Shown here one piece after another: positions 1 to 9,863 of a stretch of 64,000 nucleotides of DNA. Positions within the stretch are counted from its first letter, which is position 1. Each line of letters opens with the position of its first letter. Made by a program: the position numbers and the translations under genes. This DNA is from an uncultured bacterium (GTDB taxonomy: Bacteria; Chloroflexota; Limnocylindria; QHBO01), in assembly GCA_965652075.1 (NCBI GenBank), contig CBFGTN010000001.1:64041-128040 (forward strand), written 5' to 3'. Under the pieces are notes generated by a model. The model was given only the letters and a program-made list of their open reading frames with translations. It was not told where the DNA came from and made no database searches.

Positions 1-2
1 TG

Positions 3-329
3 TGCGACGAGCTCGACCGACGCGGGATCATCGCCGTCGAGGCCTATCCCGAGGGCGTCGGCGATCCGTGGCTTCCGTCGCCCGGGCCCGCATCGGTCTA
101 CGAGGCCGCCGCGTTCGAACGGGTCGCCGGCGACGAGCGGTACCCGGTCTACCGTCGGGAGCTGACCGGCGAGACCGATGCGGACGCGTGGTCCGACCTC
201 CTGCGAGCGTCGAACCCGGACGAGGGCGACGACTGGCCGCTGCCCCTGCCGCCGAAGGGCGATCCCGACGACCTCTTCAGGCTGCCGCCGGAGGGTCCGA
301 AGCGGCCGAACCCGTTCGGCGAGGACTGA
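3..329 (+). CDS. C-terminal fragment of a protein entering from upstream (function unknown)
   Basis: This frame is open from the window edge to TGA 327-329 (...VEAYPEGVGDPW...PNPFGED*) and ends 4 nt before the next ATG. The 373-aa Arg-rich ORF 2..1123 in another frame looks like a GC artefact. No family recognised. Confidence 0.35.
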   Translation, partial: CDELDRRGIIAVEAYPEGVGDPWLPSPGPASVYEAAAFERVAGDERYPVYRRELTGETDADAWSDLLRASNPDEGDDWPLPLPPKGDPDDLFRLPPEGPKRPNPFGED

Positions 330-332
330 CCC

Positions 333-1046
333 ATGCTGGAGGCGGGCTTTTGGGGCCTGGTGGCGGCGTCATCGCTCGTCGTCGGGGCCGCGCTCGCCCT
401 GTGGCTGCCGATCCCGCACCGGATCGTCGCGCTCATCATGGGCTTCGGCGCCGGCGCCCTCGTCTCGGCGCTCGCCTTCGACCTGACCGCCGAGGCGTTC
501 GAGGAGGGCGGTGCGGCGTCCACCTTCATCGGCCTGGCCGCGGGCGGCCTCACGTTCTTCATCGGCGACTCGCTCATCGAGGCGAGCGCGCCGAAGAACG
601 ATGGCGAGGAGAGCGGGGGCCTCGCGATCGCCCTCGGCGCGATGCTCGACGGCCTCCCCGAGTCGTTCGTCCTCGGCGCCTCGCTCGTCACCGGGCCGGG
701 GGTCTCCGTCTCGTTTCTGACGGCCGTCCTGCTCTCGAACCTGCCGGAGGGACTGGCCGGGGCGCGCGACCTGCGCCAGGAAGGCCACTCCCCGCGGTGG
801 ATCATGGGCCTGTGGATCGGCGTGGCGATCGCATCCGGGATCTCGGCGGCGATCGGCTACGCGGTGCTGGGCTCGCTCTCGTCGGAGCCACTCGGGATCG
901 CCAAGGCCTTCGCCGCGGGGGCCATCCTCACGATGCTCGCCGACACGATGTTCCCGGAGGCGTACGCCGGCGGCGGCAAGGGTGTGGGGCTCGCCACCCT
1001 GCTCGGGTTCGCCCTCGCCTTCTTCCTGTCGACGATGCCCGGCTGA
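333..1046 (+). CDS. ZIP (ZupT-like) family divalent metal transporter
   Basis: 237 aa, multi-pass membrane protein with Gly/Ala-rich helices (GFGAGALVSALAFDL, AFAAGAILTMLADTMFPEA) typical of ZIP/ZupT permeases. Confidence 0.8.
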   Translation: MLEAGFWGLVAASSLVVGAALALWLPIPHRIVALIMGFGAGALVSALAFDLTAEAFEEGGAASTFIGLAAGGLTFFIGDSLIEASAPKNDGEESGGLAIALGAMLDGLPESFVLGASLVTGPGVSVSFLTAVLLSNLPEGLAGARDLRQEGHSPRWIMGLWIGVAIASGISAAIGYAVLGSLSSEPLGIAKAFAAGAILTMLADTMFPEAYAGGGKGVGLATLLGFALAFFLSTMPG

Positions 1047-1095
1047 GGATGGCGCCGGCAATAACGATCCCGCGCGCCGAAGCGTTTGAACGCCG

Positions 1096-2472
1096 ATGCC
1101 TGATGGGGGCGATGTGCCACTGAACGACGACGCGGCGATGCCGGAGAGTGCGGGATCGGCTGACCGATCCGAGCCCGGGGTCGCCGCGCGTCGAAGGATG
1201 CCCCCGCTGGCGCTGATTGGGCTCGGAGCTCTGGCCGCCGTGGCGACCGTCGGTTTCGCAGTCATCCTGGGCCAGCCTCGCCAGGGCGGCTTAGTTCAGG
1301 CGACGGCAACGCCGGAGCCGACCCCGACGGACAGTCCTACGCCTCCGTCGGCCAGCCCGGCGCCCGAGACATCTGACCCGACGCCTTCGCCGACGCCGAC
1401 CATCACGGGCTTCGATGTTGCCTGGACCAACCTCGACTGGCCGGATGACCTCGGGGTGAACGACCTGATGTACGACGAGGATCGCGACCTGTGGATCGCC
1501 GCATCCGGAGACCAGATCTGGACGTCGCGCGATGCCACGACGTGGACCGCCGCCGAGGTCGAGTCGGCGGGGTGCGAGTCCCCAGAAGAGTTCTGTGGCT
1601 GGGGAATCTCTGGCATCGAGCGGCTCGGCGACCAGCTCATCGCCATGGGTCTTAAGGGATTCAACGGGAGCGACGGAACCGCCCTCGTCAGCTGGCTGAG
1701 CGACGATGGCATGGCCTGGACGCTCGCCACGAACGACTTGAGGACGACCGCTCAGGGTCTGGTGACGGCCGAGTCGAACGGGACCGTCCTCGCTCTCACG
1801 CCTGTCCTCACGGTCCCGGAGGGCATTACCGTGCTGAACACGAGCGGGGACGGCCTGACATGGGAGAACTCGTCAGAGTCAGATGGGTTTCGGCTGCACG
1901 GCGCTTACGGTGACGAGGACGGTTTCGTGGCGGCCGGGACGTTCATCGAGGACTCGGCCGCCTCCAGCGGCATGTTCCAGCCAGTCGTGCGCGCCTCATC
2001 GGATGGCCACTCCTGGCGCACCCTGGCAGTCGGCATGGCCAATGACGACATCCTAAGCGCCGTCGCGCGGCTTCCGTCAGGTCGATATCTCGCAGCCGGC
2101 GTTAGCGCGGACGGCACGACGATCGCCTGGGCATCGAACGGCGACGACGAAGCATGGACGATGAGCCGGTTCGGCACTGTCCACGTGCCCGAAGGCTTCG
2201 TCATGGGCCAGGTCGTGCTGGCGGATGGGCCGCAGGGCGTGGTCCTGGCGTGGAACACCGGCGATGGCCTGTCAATCGCGACGACGATCGACGGGGAGCA
2301 CTGGACCGAGATCGAAGCGCCCGACGATGCGGCCGACTTCGTCTTCTCGACGATGGACATCGCCGAGAGCACGGCGGTTGCGTTTGGCGGGCTGCGAAAC
2401 CCGGACAACGGATTCGTTCCGGGCCTTCCGAGCCGCGGTTGGATTGGCGCGGTGACCCTCCACACCGACTGA
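1096..2472 (+). CDS. Membrane-anchored BNR/Asp-box repeat (beta-propeller-like) protein
   Basis: N-terminal TM helix ([22 protein letters not shown]) and a Pro/Thr/Ser linker. These are followed by five Asp-box-like motifs ([45 protein letters not shown]). Confidence 0.7.
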   Translation: MPDGGDVPLNDDAAMPESAGSADRSEPGVAARRRMPPLALIGLGALAAVATVGFAVILGQPRQGGLVQATATPEPTPTDSPTPPSASPAPETSDPTPSPTPTITGFDVAWTNLDWPDDLGVNDLMYDEDRDLWIAASGDQIWTSRDATTWTAAEVESAGCESPEEFCGWGISGIERLGDQLIAMGLKGFNGSDGTALVSWLSDDGMAWTLATNDLRTTAQGLVTAESNGTVLALTPVLTVPEGITVLNTSGDGLTWENSSESDGFRLHGAYGDEDGFVAAGTFIEDSAASSGMFQPVVRASSDGHSWRTLAVGMANDDILSAVARLPSGRYLAAGVSADGTTIAWASNGDDEAWTMSRFGTVHVPEGFVMGQVVLADGPQGVVLAWNTGDGLSIATTIDGEHWTEIEAPDDAADFVFSTMDIAESTAVAFGGLRNPDNGFVPGLPSRGWIGAVTLHTD

Positions 2473-2515
2473 GCGGCCCGCGCCTCGAAGCACACGGGGG
2501 CCGTATCATCGGCGC

Positions 2516-4186
<1,671 letters not shown>

Positions 4187-4228
4187 CGGCCGGCGACGTC
4201 CCCCGACCGACCGACAGCTGACAGGAGG

Positions 4229-4720
4229 ATGGCAATGGACTGGGCCGCGCTGCTGTTGAAGCTGTCGCACATCGTCCTGGCGATGGCCCTGGTCGCGGGG
4301 CTCACGGGCCGATGGCTAATGCTCCGACGTGCGGCCGCCAGTGACGACGTCGAAGACTCGGCGCGGATCGCCGAGCTGGCAGGGCCATTCGAACGACTCG
4401 TCATCGTGTCCTCGATGCTCGTCCTCCCGGCGGGCCTCGCGACCGCATGGGCCCAGGGGTATCCGTGGCTCGGCCTGACCACGGGCTGGATGCTGCTGAC
4501 GGTGCTGCTCATCATCCCGATCCTGGTCATGGTCCCCACCGTGTTCATCCCACGCGGACGTGTCTTCGAGGCAGCGATGGCCGACGCGCGCGCCAAGGGC
4601 ATCGTGACGCCCGGCCTGCGCCGGGCGTTTGCCGATCCGGCGGTGGCCTTTGCCCGCCGCTACGAGATCGCCGCGATCGCGATCATCGTGGCGCTCATGG
4701 TCCTCAAGCCGGCCTTCTGA
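4229..4720 (+). CDS. Integral membrane protein (DUF2269-like)
   Basis: 163 aa with four predicted hydrophobic helices and good coding appearance. Family assignment is tentative. Confidence 0.6.
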   Translation: MAMDWAALLLKLSHIVLAMALVAGLTGRWLMLRRAAASDDVEDSARIAELAGPFERLVIVSSMLVLPAGLATAWAQGYPWLGLTTGWMLLTVLLIIPILVMVPTVFIPRGRVFEAAMADARAKGIVTPGLRRAFADPAVAFARRYEIAAIAIIVALMVLKPAF

Positions 4721-4725
4721 CGCCG

Positions 4726-5880
4726 ATGCCTCGCTCGCCCGCCCAGCCGCTGCCCGGCGCCCCGGAGCCGTGGGTGCCGTCGAGCATGCCGCCGTTCCGA
4801 TCGCGCCCGCCGTACGTCATGAGCGAGATGATCGCGGCGGAGCCGGCCGTCGCCGAGCGGCTCGTCCGGCGCCTCGCGAAGGACGAGTCGATCGAGCGGC
4901 TGGCGACGGAGGTTCGATCCGCGATCGACGCCGGGCAGCCCGTCGTCACGACCGGCTGCGGGACCTCGGAGCACGCGGCGATGGCGGTCGCGGCACTCCT
5001 GAGCGAGGCGCTCGACCTGCCCGCCGGCCGCGAGGTGCGCTCCGTGCAGGCGCTCGCCGCGCAGGAGCGTCCGCTCGGCTCCGGCCTCCTGATCGCCGTC
5101 TCGCACGAGGGCGGGACGCACGTGACGAACGAGGCGCTGGCGTCGGCCCGGGACGCGGGCGCAAAGACCGCACTCGTGACCGTGGGTCCGGGGTCGCCGG
5201 GCGCGGCGTTGGCCGACGTCGTCGTCCTCACCGAGGAGCAGGACCAGAGCTGGTGCCACACGGTCGGCTACCTCGCCCCGATCGTCGCCGGCGCGGCGCT
5301 CGCGGCCAGGCTCCGCCGGACGCGGCTCGACGCCCCGGCGATCCGCGCGCTCCTCGACGTCAGCCAGGACGCGCACGGTCCCGCCGAGATCGCCGCGGCG
5401 ATGGCCGGGACCGATCGGCTGCTCGTCGTCGGGGCCGGCACGGACGCGATCACCGCGCGCGAGCTCGCCCTGAAGATCAGCGAGGGTCCACGCCTCGCGG
5501 CCACCGCCCTCGAGCTCGAGACGGCGCTGCATGGCCACCTCGCCCCCGTCACCCGCTGGACCGGGCTCATCGTCGTCCTCACCGACCCGTCGCCGGCCGT
5601 GCTGGCGCGCGCGCACAGGCTGCTGGCCGCGGCGAGGGCGCTATCGGTCCCGGCGGCCGCGATCGTCGGCGACGAGATCACCCGCGAGCTCGAGCCCGAC
5701 GAGACGCCAGCGGGACGGATCGAGCTGCCGCACACCGGACGCGTGCCCGCGCTCGCCGGCAGGCTCCTCGCGTCGGCGATCGCGCTGCAGCTGCTCGCCG
5801 AGCGACTGGCACGGGCCCGCAAGGTCAGCCCCGACACGCTCGGTCGCGAGGACGCCGCCCAGGCCGCCGCGCACGGCTGA
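4726..5880 (+). CDS. SIS-domain sugar-phosphate isomerase/aminotransferase-like protein
   Basis: The ORF is open from 4447, but ATG 4726 avoids overlap with the upstream gene. VVTTGCGTSEHAAMAVA is a SIS phosphosugar-binding motif, and there are two SIS-like halves (GlmS C-terminal / AgaS type). Confidence 0.75.
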   Translation: MPRSPAQPLPGAPEPWVPSSMPPFRSRPPYVMSEMIAAEPAVAERLVRRLAKDESIERLATEVRSAIDAGQPVVTTGCGTSEHAAMAVAALLSEALDLPAGREVRSVQALAAQERPLGSGLLIAVSHEGGTHVTNEALASARDAGAKTALVTVGPGSPGAALADVVVLTEEQDQSWCHTVGYLAPIVAGAALAARLRRTRLDAPAIRALLDVSQDAHGPAEIAAAMAGTDRLLVVGAGTDAITARELALKISEGPRLAATALELETALHGHLAPVTRWTGLIVVLTDPSPAVLARAHRLLAAARALSVPAAAIVGDEITRELEPDETPAGRIELPHTGRVPALAGRLLASAIALQLLAERLARARKVSPDTLGREDAAQAAAHG

Positions 5881-5883
5881 GCG

Positions 5884-6963
5884 CTACGAGCGAAGGAGCT
5901 CGAAGAGGCGGACGTAGAACCGCAGGTTATGGAGCGTCGCGAGCCGCTCCGCCGACGCGTCGCCGACCTTGAACAGGTGGTGCACGTAGGCCGCCGTGTG
6001 GCGCGCGCAGGCCGGGCAGTCGCAGCCGTCCTCGATCGGTGCGTGCTCGACGCGGTAGCGCGCGTCGTGGATGCGGATGGCGCGGAAGAAGTCGTCTCCC
6101 GGCGCGGGCCGGCGCGCCGGCCACCCCTCGCGGAACGCGTAGAGACGCCCGTGGCGTGCATCGCGCGTGGGGAGCGCGCAGTCGAACACGGAGTAGCCGA
6201 GCGCGTGGGCGCTGACGACGTGGTCCGGCCGCCCGACGCCGAGCGCATGCTTCGGGACCTCGGGCGGGAGCGAATCGGCGACCCAGCGCATCGGCTCCGC
6301 CAGCAGCGCGCCGCCGGCATCCAGCGGCCAGCCGCCGAAGCCGTAGCCGTCGAATCCGATTCCGGCGAGGGCTGTGGCGCATTGGCGACGAAGCGCCTCG
6401 ATTCCGCCGCCCTGCACGACCGCGAAGATCCGCGGTGGGTCACCGCCGCGCTGCCCGGCCTGGCGATCGAGCTCCTCCCGGCATCGGCGCGCCCATCGCA
6501 CGGTGCGCTCGACCGAGCGCTCCTGCTCCGACGCGGGTGCGTCGGCATCGGTGCAGTCGTCGAGGCAGACGACGACGTCGCTGCCCAGCTGCATCTGAAG
6601 GGTCACGATCCGCTCCGGGGTCAGGTTCCACTTCTCGCCCGTCGCCGGCTCGCGGAAGATCACCTCGTTGTCACGGATCACGCCGCGGTTGGGGTCCTGG
6701 CGAATGAGGCTCCAGACCTGGAAGCCGCCCGAGTCGCTGACGATCGGCCGATCCCAGTCCATGAACCGATGGATGCCGCCGGCGGCCTGCACGACCCGCG
6801 CGCCGGGACGGCGCAGCAGGTGGAAGGCGTTGACGACCACCCCCTCGACGCCGACCTGGCGCAGGTCGGCGCTGCCCACGCCCCTCACGCCGGCGCGCGT
6901 CGCGTCGGGCAGGAACGCGGGGACCGCCAACGTCCCGCGGCCGGTGACGAGCGGCTCAGCCAT
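5884..6963 (-). CDS. tgt: tRNA-guanine transglycosylase (TGT) family protein, divergent
   Basis: SDSGGFQV (catalytic Asp), VFDCALPTRDARHG and the Zn site CDCPACARH...HH match the queuine/archaeosine tRNA-ribosyltransferase family. It overlaps the upstream gene by 8 nt. Confidence 0.85.
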   Translation of the reverse strand: MAEPLVTGRGTLAVPAFLPDATRAGVRGVGSADLRQVGVEGVVVNAFHLLRRPGARVVQAAGGIHRFMDWDRPIVSDSGGFQVWSLIRQDPNRGVIRDNEVIFREPATGEKWNLTPERIVTLQMQLGSDVVVCLDDCTDADAPASEQERSVERTVRWARRCREELDRQAGQRGGDPPRIFAVVQGGGIEALRRQCATALAGIGFDGYGFGGWPLDAGGALLAEPMRWVADSLPPEVPKHALGVGRPDHVVSAHALGYSVFDCALPTRDARHGRLYAFREGWPARRPAPGDDFFRAIRIHDARYRVEHAPIEDGCDCPACARHTAAYVHHLFKVGDASAERLATLHNLRFYVRLFELLRS

Positions 6964-7759
6964 CCAGCGTCAGCACGAACACGAGCTCGTTCCGGACCGA
7001 TGCTTCCCGGGCCTCGCGGATCCCGAGCTCGGCGATGAGCTCCTCGAGCCGCGCGCGGTATGCGGCCGCCATCCCGCGGCGGCCGCCGAGCGAGCGGGCC
7101 GGGAACGAGACGACGGCGTGAGCCGCGTCGAGCGCGCCGATCACGCGCGCGGCGGCCGACGGATCCTGGCGATCCAGCAACGGGACGAGCTTGAGGAGCA
7201 GTACGACGTCGACGTGCCCGGGGGGCGGCCCATCGGCGACGAGGTCGCGGGCGACGACGCGGTGGGGCTGGCCGACAAGCTCGAGAAACTCCCCGGCCAT
7301 GCCGAGCGAGCGGCGGTCGACGTCGCTCGCGTGGTACGTCGCGTCGCGCCCCATGCCCATCCACGGCAGCGCGAGTGGCCCGAGCCCGCAGCCAAGGTCG
7401 AGCAGGGAGGCGGGCGGACCGCCGGTCAGCGCCCAGATCGGCGCGAACATCTTCTCGAGGTCGCCGATCCGCTCGGCCGTCGACGCGTGGCCGCGCATGA
7501 CCGCGACGCACGCTGCGCGGAATGCCTGCGCCGAGAGGTCGCCGGCCCACGCCGCCCGCACGGCAGCGAGCGGGTCCTGACCCGGCGCGCCGCGGTAGGC
7601 ACCGACGGCCTGGTGCAGCCGCCGCTTCACCCGCTTCACGGCGTCGTCGGCGTTGCGGGACCTCGGCAGCTCCTCGGCCGCCAGGCGGTCCAGGAGGGCG
7701 CGGTCGACGTCGCGGTAGCGGGCGGAGCGCAGCACGCGATCGACGATCGGACCGGTCAT
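6956..7759 (-). CDS. 16S rRNA (guanine1405-N7)-methyltransferase family protein (FmrO/Rmt/Arm type)
   Basis: Start taken at MTGPIV (ATG 7759, ATGA overlap with the rsmI stop). Blocks RSARYRDVD, RRLHQAVGAY, GHASTAERI, LDLGCGLGPLAL, LLLKLVPLLDRQ, VVSFPARSLGGRR and ELVFVLTLDG are collinear with RmtB/ArmA/Sgm as I recall them. Confidence 0.8.
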   Translation of the reverse strand: MTGPIVDRVLRSARYRDVDRALLDRLAAEELPRSRNADDAVKRVKRRLHQAVGAYRGAPGQDPLAAVRAAWAGDLSAQAFRAACVAVMRGHASTAERIGDLEKMFAPIWALTGGPPASLLDLGCGLGPLALPWMGMGRDATYHASDVDRRSLGMAGEFLELVGQPHRVVARDLVADGPPPGHVDVVLLLKLVPLLDRQDPSAAARVIGALDAAHAVVSFPARSLGGRRGMAAAYRARLEELIAELGIREAREASVRNELVFVLTLDG

Positions 7760-8583
7760 TCGCGACGGAGGCGCAGGACGAGGTCGTACGCCGCGCGGCG
7801 CGACATCCCGCGTCGCGCGACGAGCAACGCCTGGACCGAACGCGCCGGCGCCCCGGCCGCGAGGAGCGTCCGCGCGTCGTCCTCGGCATCGGCCTCGTCG
7901 GGCGCCGCGGCCGCGCCCCCGATGACGAGGGTCGTCTCGCCGCGCACGTCGCCCTCCGCATCGAGCTCGGCGAGGAGCGCGGACAGTGGCCCGCGCTGGT
8001 AGCGCTCGTGCGGCTTCGTGAGGTTGCGCGCCACGCACGCGGGGCGGTCGCCGAGGACGGCGAGGGCGTCGCGCAGCGTGTCGATCAGGCGCCGAGGGGC
8101 CTCGAACGCGACGAGCGTGGCGGCATCGCGGGCCAGCGCCTCGAGCGCGGCGCGGCGAGCGGCCGCGGTCCGAGGCAGGAACCCGACGAACCGGAACGGG
8201 TGTGGCGGCAGGCCCGACGCCGCCAGCGCGGTCGTCAGCGCCGAGGCGCCGGGCACGCTCGTCACGTCGATCCCGGCATCGATCGCGGCTCGGACGAGCC
8301 GGTATCCCGGATCGCTGACGAGCGGCGTGCCCGCATCGCTGACGAGGGCGACGTCATCGCCGGCACGCAGCCGGCCGATGAGCTCGGCCGCACGGTCGGC
8401 CTCGTTGTGGTCGTGGTAGCTCAGGGCGCGTGGCGGCAGCCCGTGGTGCCGCGCAAGCGTCGCGAAGTGCCGCGTGTCCTCGGCCGCGACGACGTCGGCG
8501 GCACGGAGCGTGTCGCGGGCGCGCGGGCTGAGGTCGTCCGGGTTCCCGATCGGCACGGCGACGAGGTAGAGGGTGCCGGGCAT
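7756..8583 (-). CDS. rsmI: 16S rRNA (cytidine1402-2'-O)-methyltransferase
   Basis: LYLVAVPIGNPDDLSPRARDTLRAADVVAAEDTR and SDAGTPLVSDPG are tetrapyrrole-methylase-fold motifs characteristic of RsmI. Confidence 0.9.
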   Translation of the reverse strand: MPGTLYLVAVPIGNPDDLSPRARDTLRAADVVAAEDTRHFATLARHHGLPPRALSYHDHNEADRAAELIGRLRAGDDVALVSDAGTPLVSDPGYRLVRAAIDAGIDVTSVPGASALTTALAASGLPPHPFRFVGFLPRTAAARRAALEALARDAATLVAFEAPRRLIDTLRDALAVLGDRPACVARNLTKPHERYQRGPLSALLAELDAEGDVRGETTLVIGGAAAAPDEADAEDDARTLLAAGAPARSVQALLVARRGMSRRAAYDLVLRLRRE

Positions 8584-8606
8584 GGCGCGAGCGTAACAGC
8601 CGGTCC

Positions 8607-9560
8607 GTGCTCGCCCTCTTGTCGTGCACCGCTAGCATCGGTCCCGTGCCTGGGCTCATCGAGTGCGTCCCCAACTTCAGCGAGGGACGCCGACCCGAGG
8701 TGGTCGAGGAGATCGTCCGCGCCGTCGGCCAGATCGACGGCGTGACCGTGCTCGACTCGTCGCTCGATCCCACGCACAACCGCAGCGTCGTGACCTTCGC
8801 CGGCAGCGCCGAGCCGGTCGTGCGCGCCGCGACCGCGGCGGTCGGGCGGGCGCTCGAGCTCATCGACATGGAGCAGCACACCGGCGCCCATCCTCGGATC
8901 GGGGCGGTCGACGTCATCCCGTTCGTCCCCCTCGGCACGACCCGGCTCGAGGAGTGCGTCGACCTGGCCAGGCGCTTCGGCGAGCAGGTGGCGACACGCT
9001 TCGAGATCCCGGTCTACCTCTACGGCGCGGCGGCGCTCCGACCCGAGCGCAGCCGCCTTGCGAACGTGCGCCGCGGCCAGTACGAGGCGGTCCGCGACGA
9101 GATCGGCACGCTTCCCGAGCGGGCCCCGGACTTCGGCCCGTCGCGCGTGCACCCCCGTGGTGGAGCCGTGGCCGTCGGCGCGCGCAAGCCGCTCATCGCA
9201 TTCAACATGAACCTGCGGACGTCGGACCTGGCCGTGGCGATCAAGATCGCGACCGCGATCCGAGAGAGCTCCGGCGGCATGCCCGCCGTCCAGGCCATGG
9301 GCATCCTCCTCGAGAACCCCGGCGCGCCGCCGATGGCCCAGGTCAGCACGAATCTCGTCGACTGGGAGCGCACGGGGATCGCGGCCGTCGTCCGCGAGGT
9401 TCGGCGACTGGCGCAGGACGCCGGGACCGACATCGACCACTGCGAGCTCATCGGCCTGGCACCGACGGCCGCCCTGCTGGAGGTCACGGCCGATACCCTC
9501 GGGCTCGCCGACTTCAGCCCCGACCAGGCGCTCGAGCTGCGCCTCGCGCGAGACCGATAG
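8607..9560 (+). CDS. Glutamate formimidoyltransferase
   Basis: The N-terminal IECVPNFSEGRR hallmark and the length fit the formiminotransferase domain. An alternative GTG start lies at 8646. Functionally linked to hutU (histidine degradation). Confidence 0.85.
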   Translation: MLALLSCTASIGPVPGLIECVPNFSEGRRPEVVEEIVRAVGQIDGVTVLDSSLDPTHNRSVVTFAGSAEPVVRAATAAVGRALELIDMEQHTGAHPRIGAVDVIPFVPLGTTRLEECVDLARRFGEQVATRFEIPVYLYGAAALRPERSRLANVRRGQYEAVRDEIGTLPERAPDFGPSRVHPRGGAVAVGARKPLIAFNMNLRTSDLAVAIKIATAIRESSGGMPAVQAMGILLENPGAPPMAQVSTNLVDWERTGIAAVVREVRRLAQDAGTDIDHCELIGLAPTAALLEVTADTLGLADFSPDQALELRLARDR

Positions 9561-9658
9561 CGCGACGGTGCCGCGGGGCACCACGCGCCGTCGATGGCAG
9601 CGCGCTTGCATTGGCGGTGGTCGTGCGCGCACGAATGCCGCGCCGGATCGGGGGAGTG

Positions 9659-9826
9659 ATGACCTCAGCCAGATCGACCGCCGGCAGACGGAACCGAGTC
9701 CTCATGGCCCTGGCCGCGGCCTGGATCGTCGCTGCATTCGCGATCGGCGGCGCGTCCCTGGATGTCTCGCGTGCCGCGGACGTGCCAGCCATTCGGACCG
9801 CTGGGGGCGACGCCTCGCAACGCTAG
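9659..9826 (+). CDS. Small hypothetical protein with one hydrophobic helix
   Basis: 55 codons (MTSARSTAGRRNRVLMALAAAWIVAAFAIGGASL...) preceded by GGGGAG. No homology recognised, so it could be spurious. Confidence 0.25.
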   Translation: MTSARSTAGRRNRVLMALAAAWIVAAFAIGGASLDVSRAADVPAIRTAGGDASQR

Positions 9827-9863
9827 CCGCGCGGATCGGGCCGACCGCTAGACTCGGTGGCCC

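Noticed and set aside
5884-6963. TGT homologue as DpdA (DNA 7-deazaguanine modification / restriction system).
   Set aside because: No dpdB-K, preQ0 synthesis or helicase/nuclease genes lie nearby. The neighbours are rRNA methyltransferases. I cannot discriminate DpdA from Tgt by eye.
5884-8583. Aminoglycoside biosynthetic gene cluster around the FmrO-like gene.
   Set aside because: The flanking genes (SIS protein, hutU, formimidoyltransferase, argS) are housekeeping or catabolic. No 2-deoxy-scyllo-inosose synthase, aminotransferase or glycosyltransferase set is present.
9561-9863. Possible RNA gene or regulatory element between the formimidoyltransferase gene and argS.
   Set aside because: I saw only a short GGTGCC/GGCACC hairpin after the stop and a low-confidence 55-codon ORF. 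There is no tRNA-like or T-box-like features that I could recognise.
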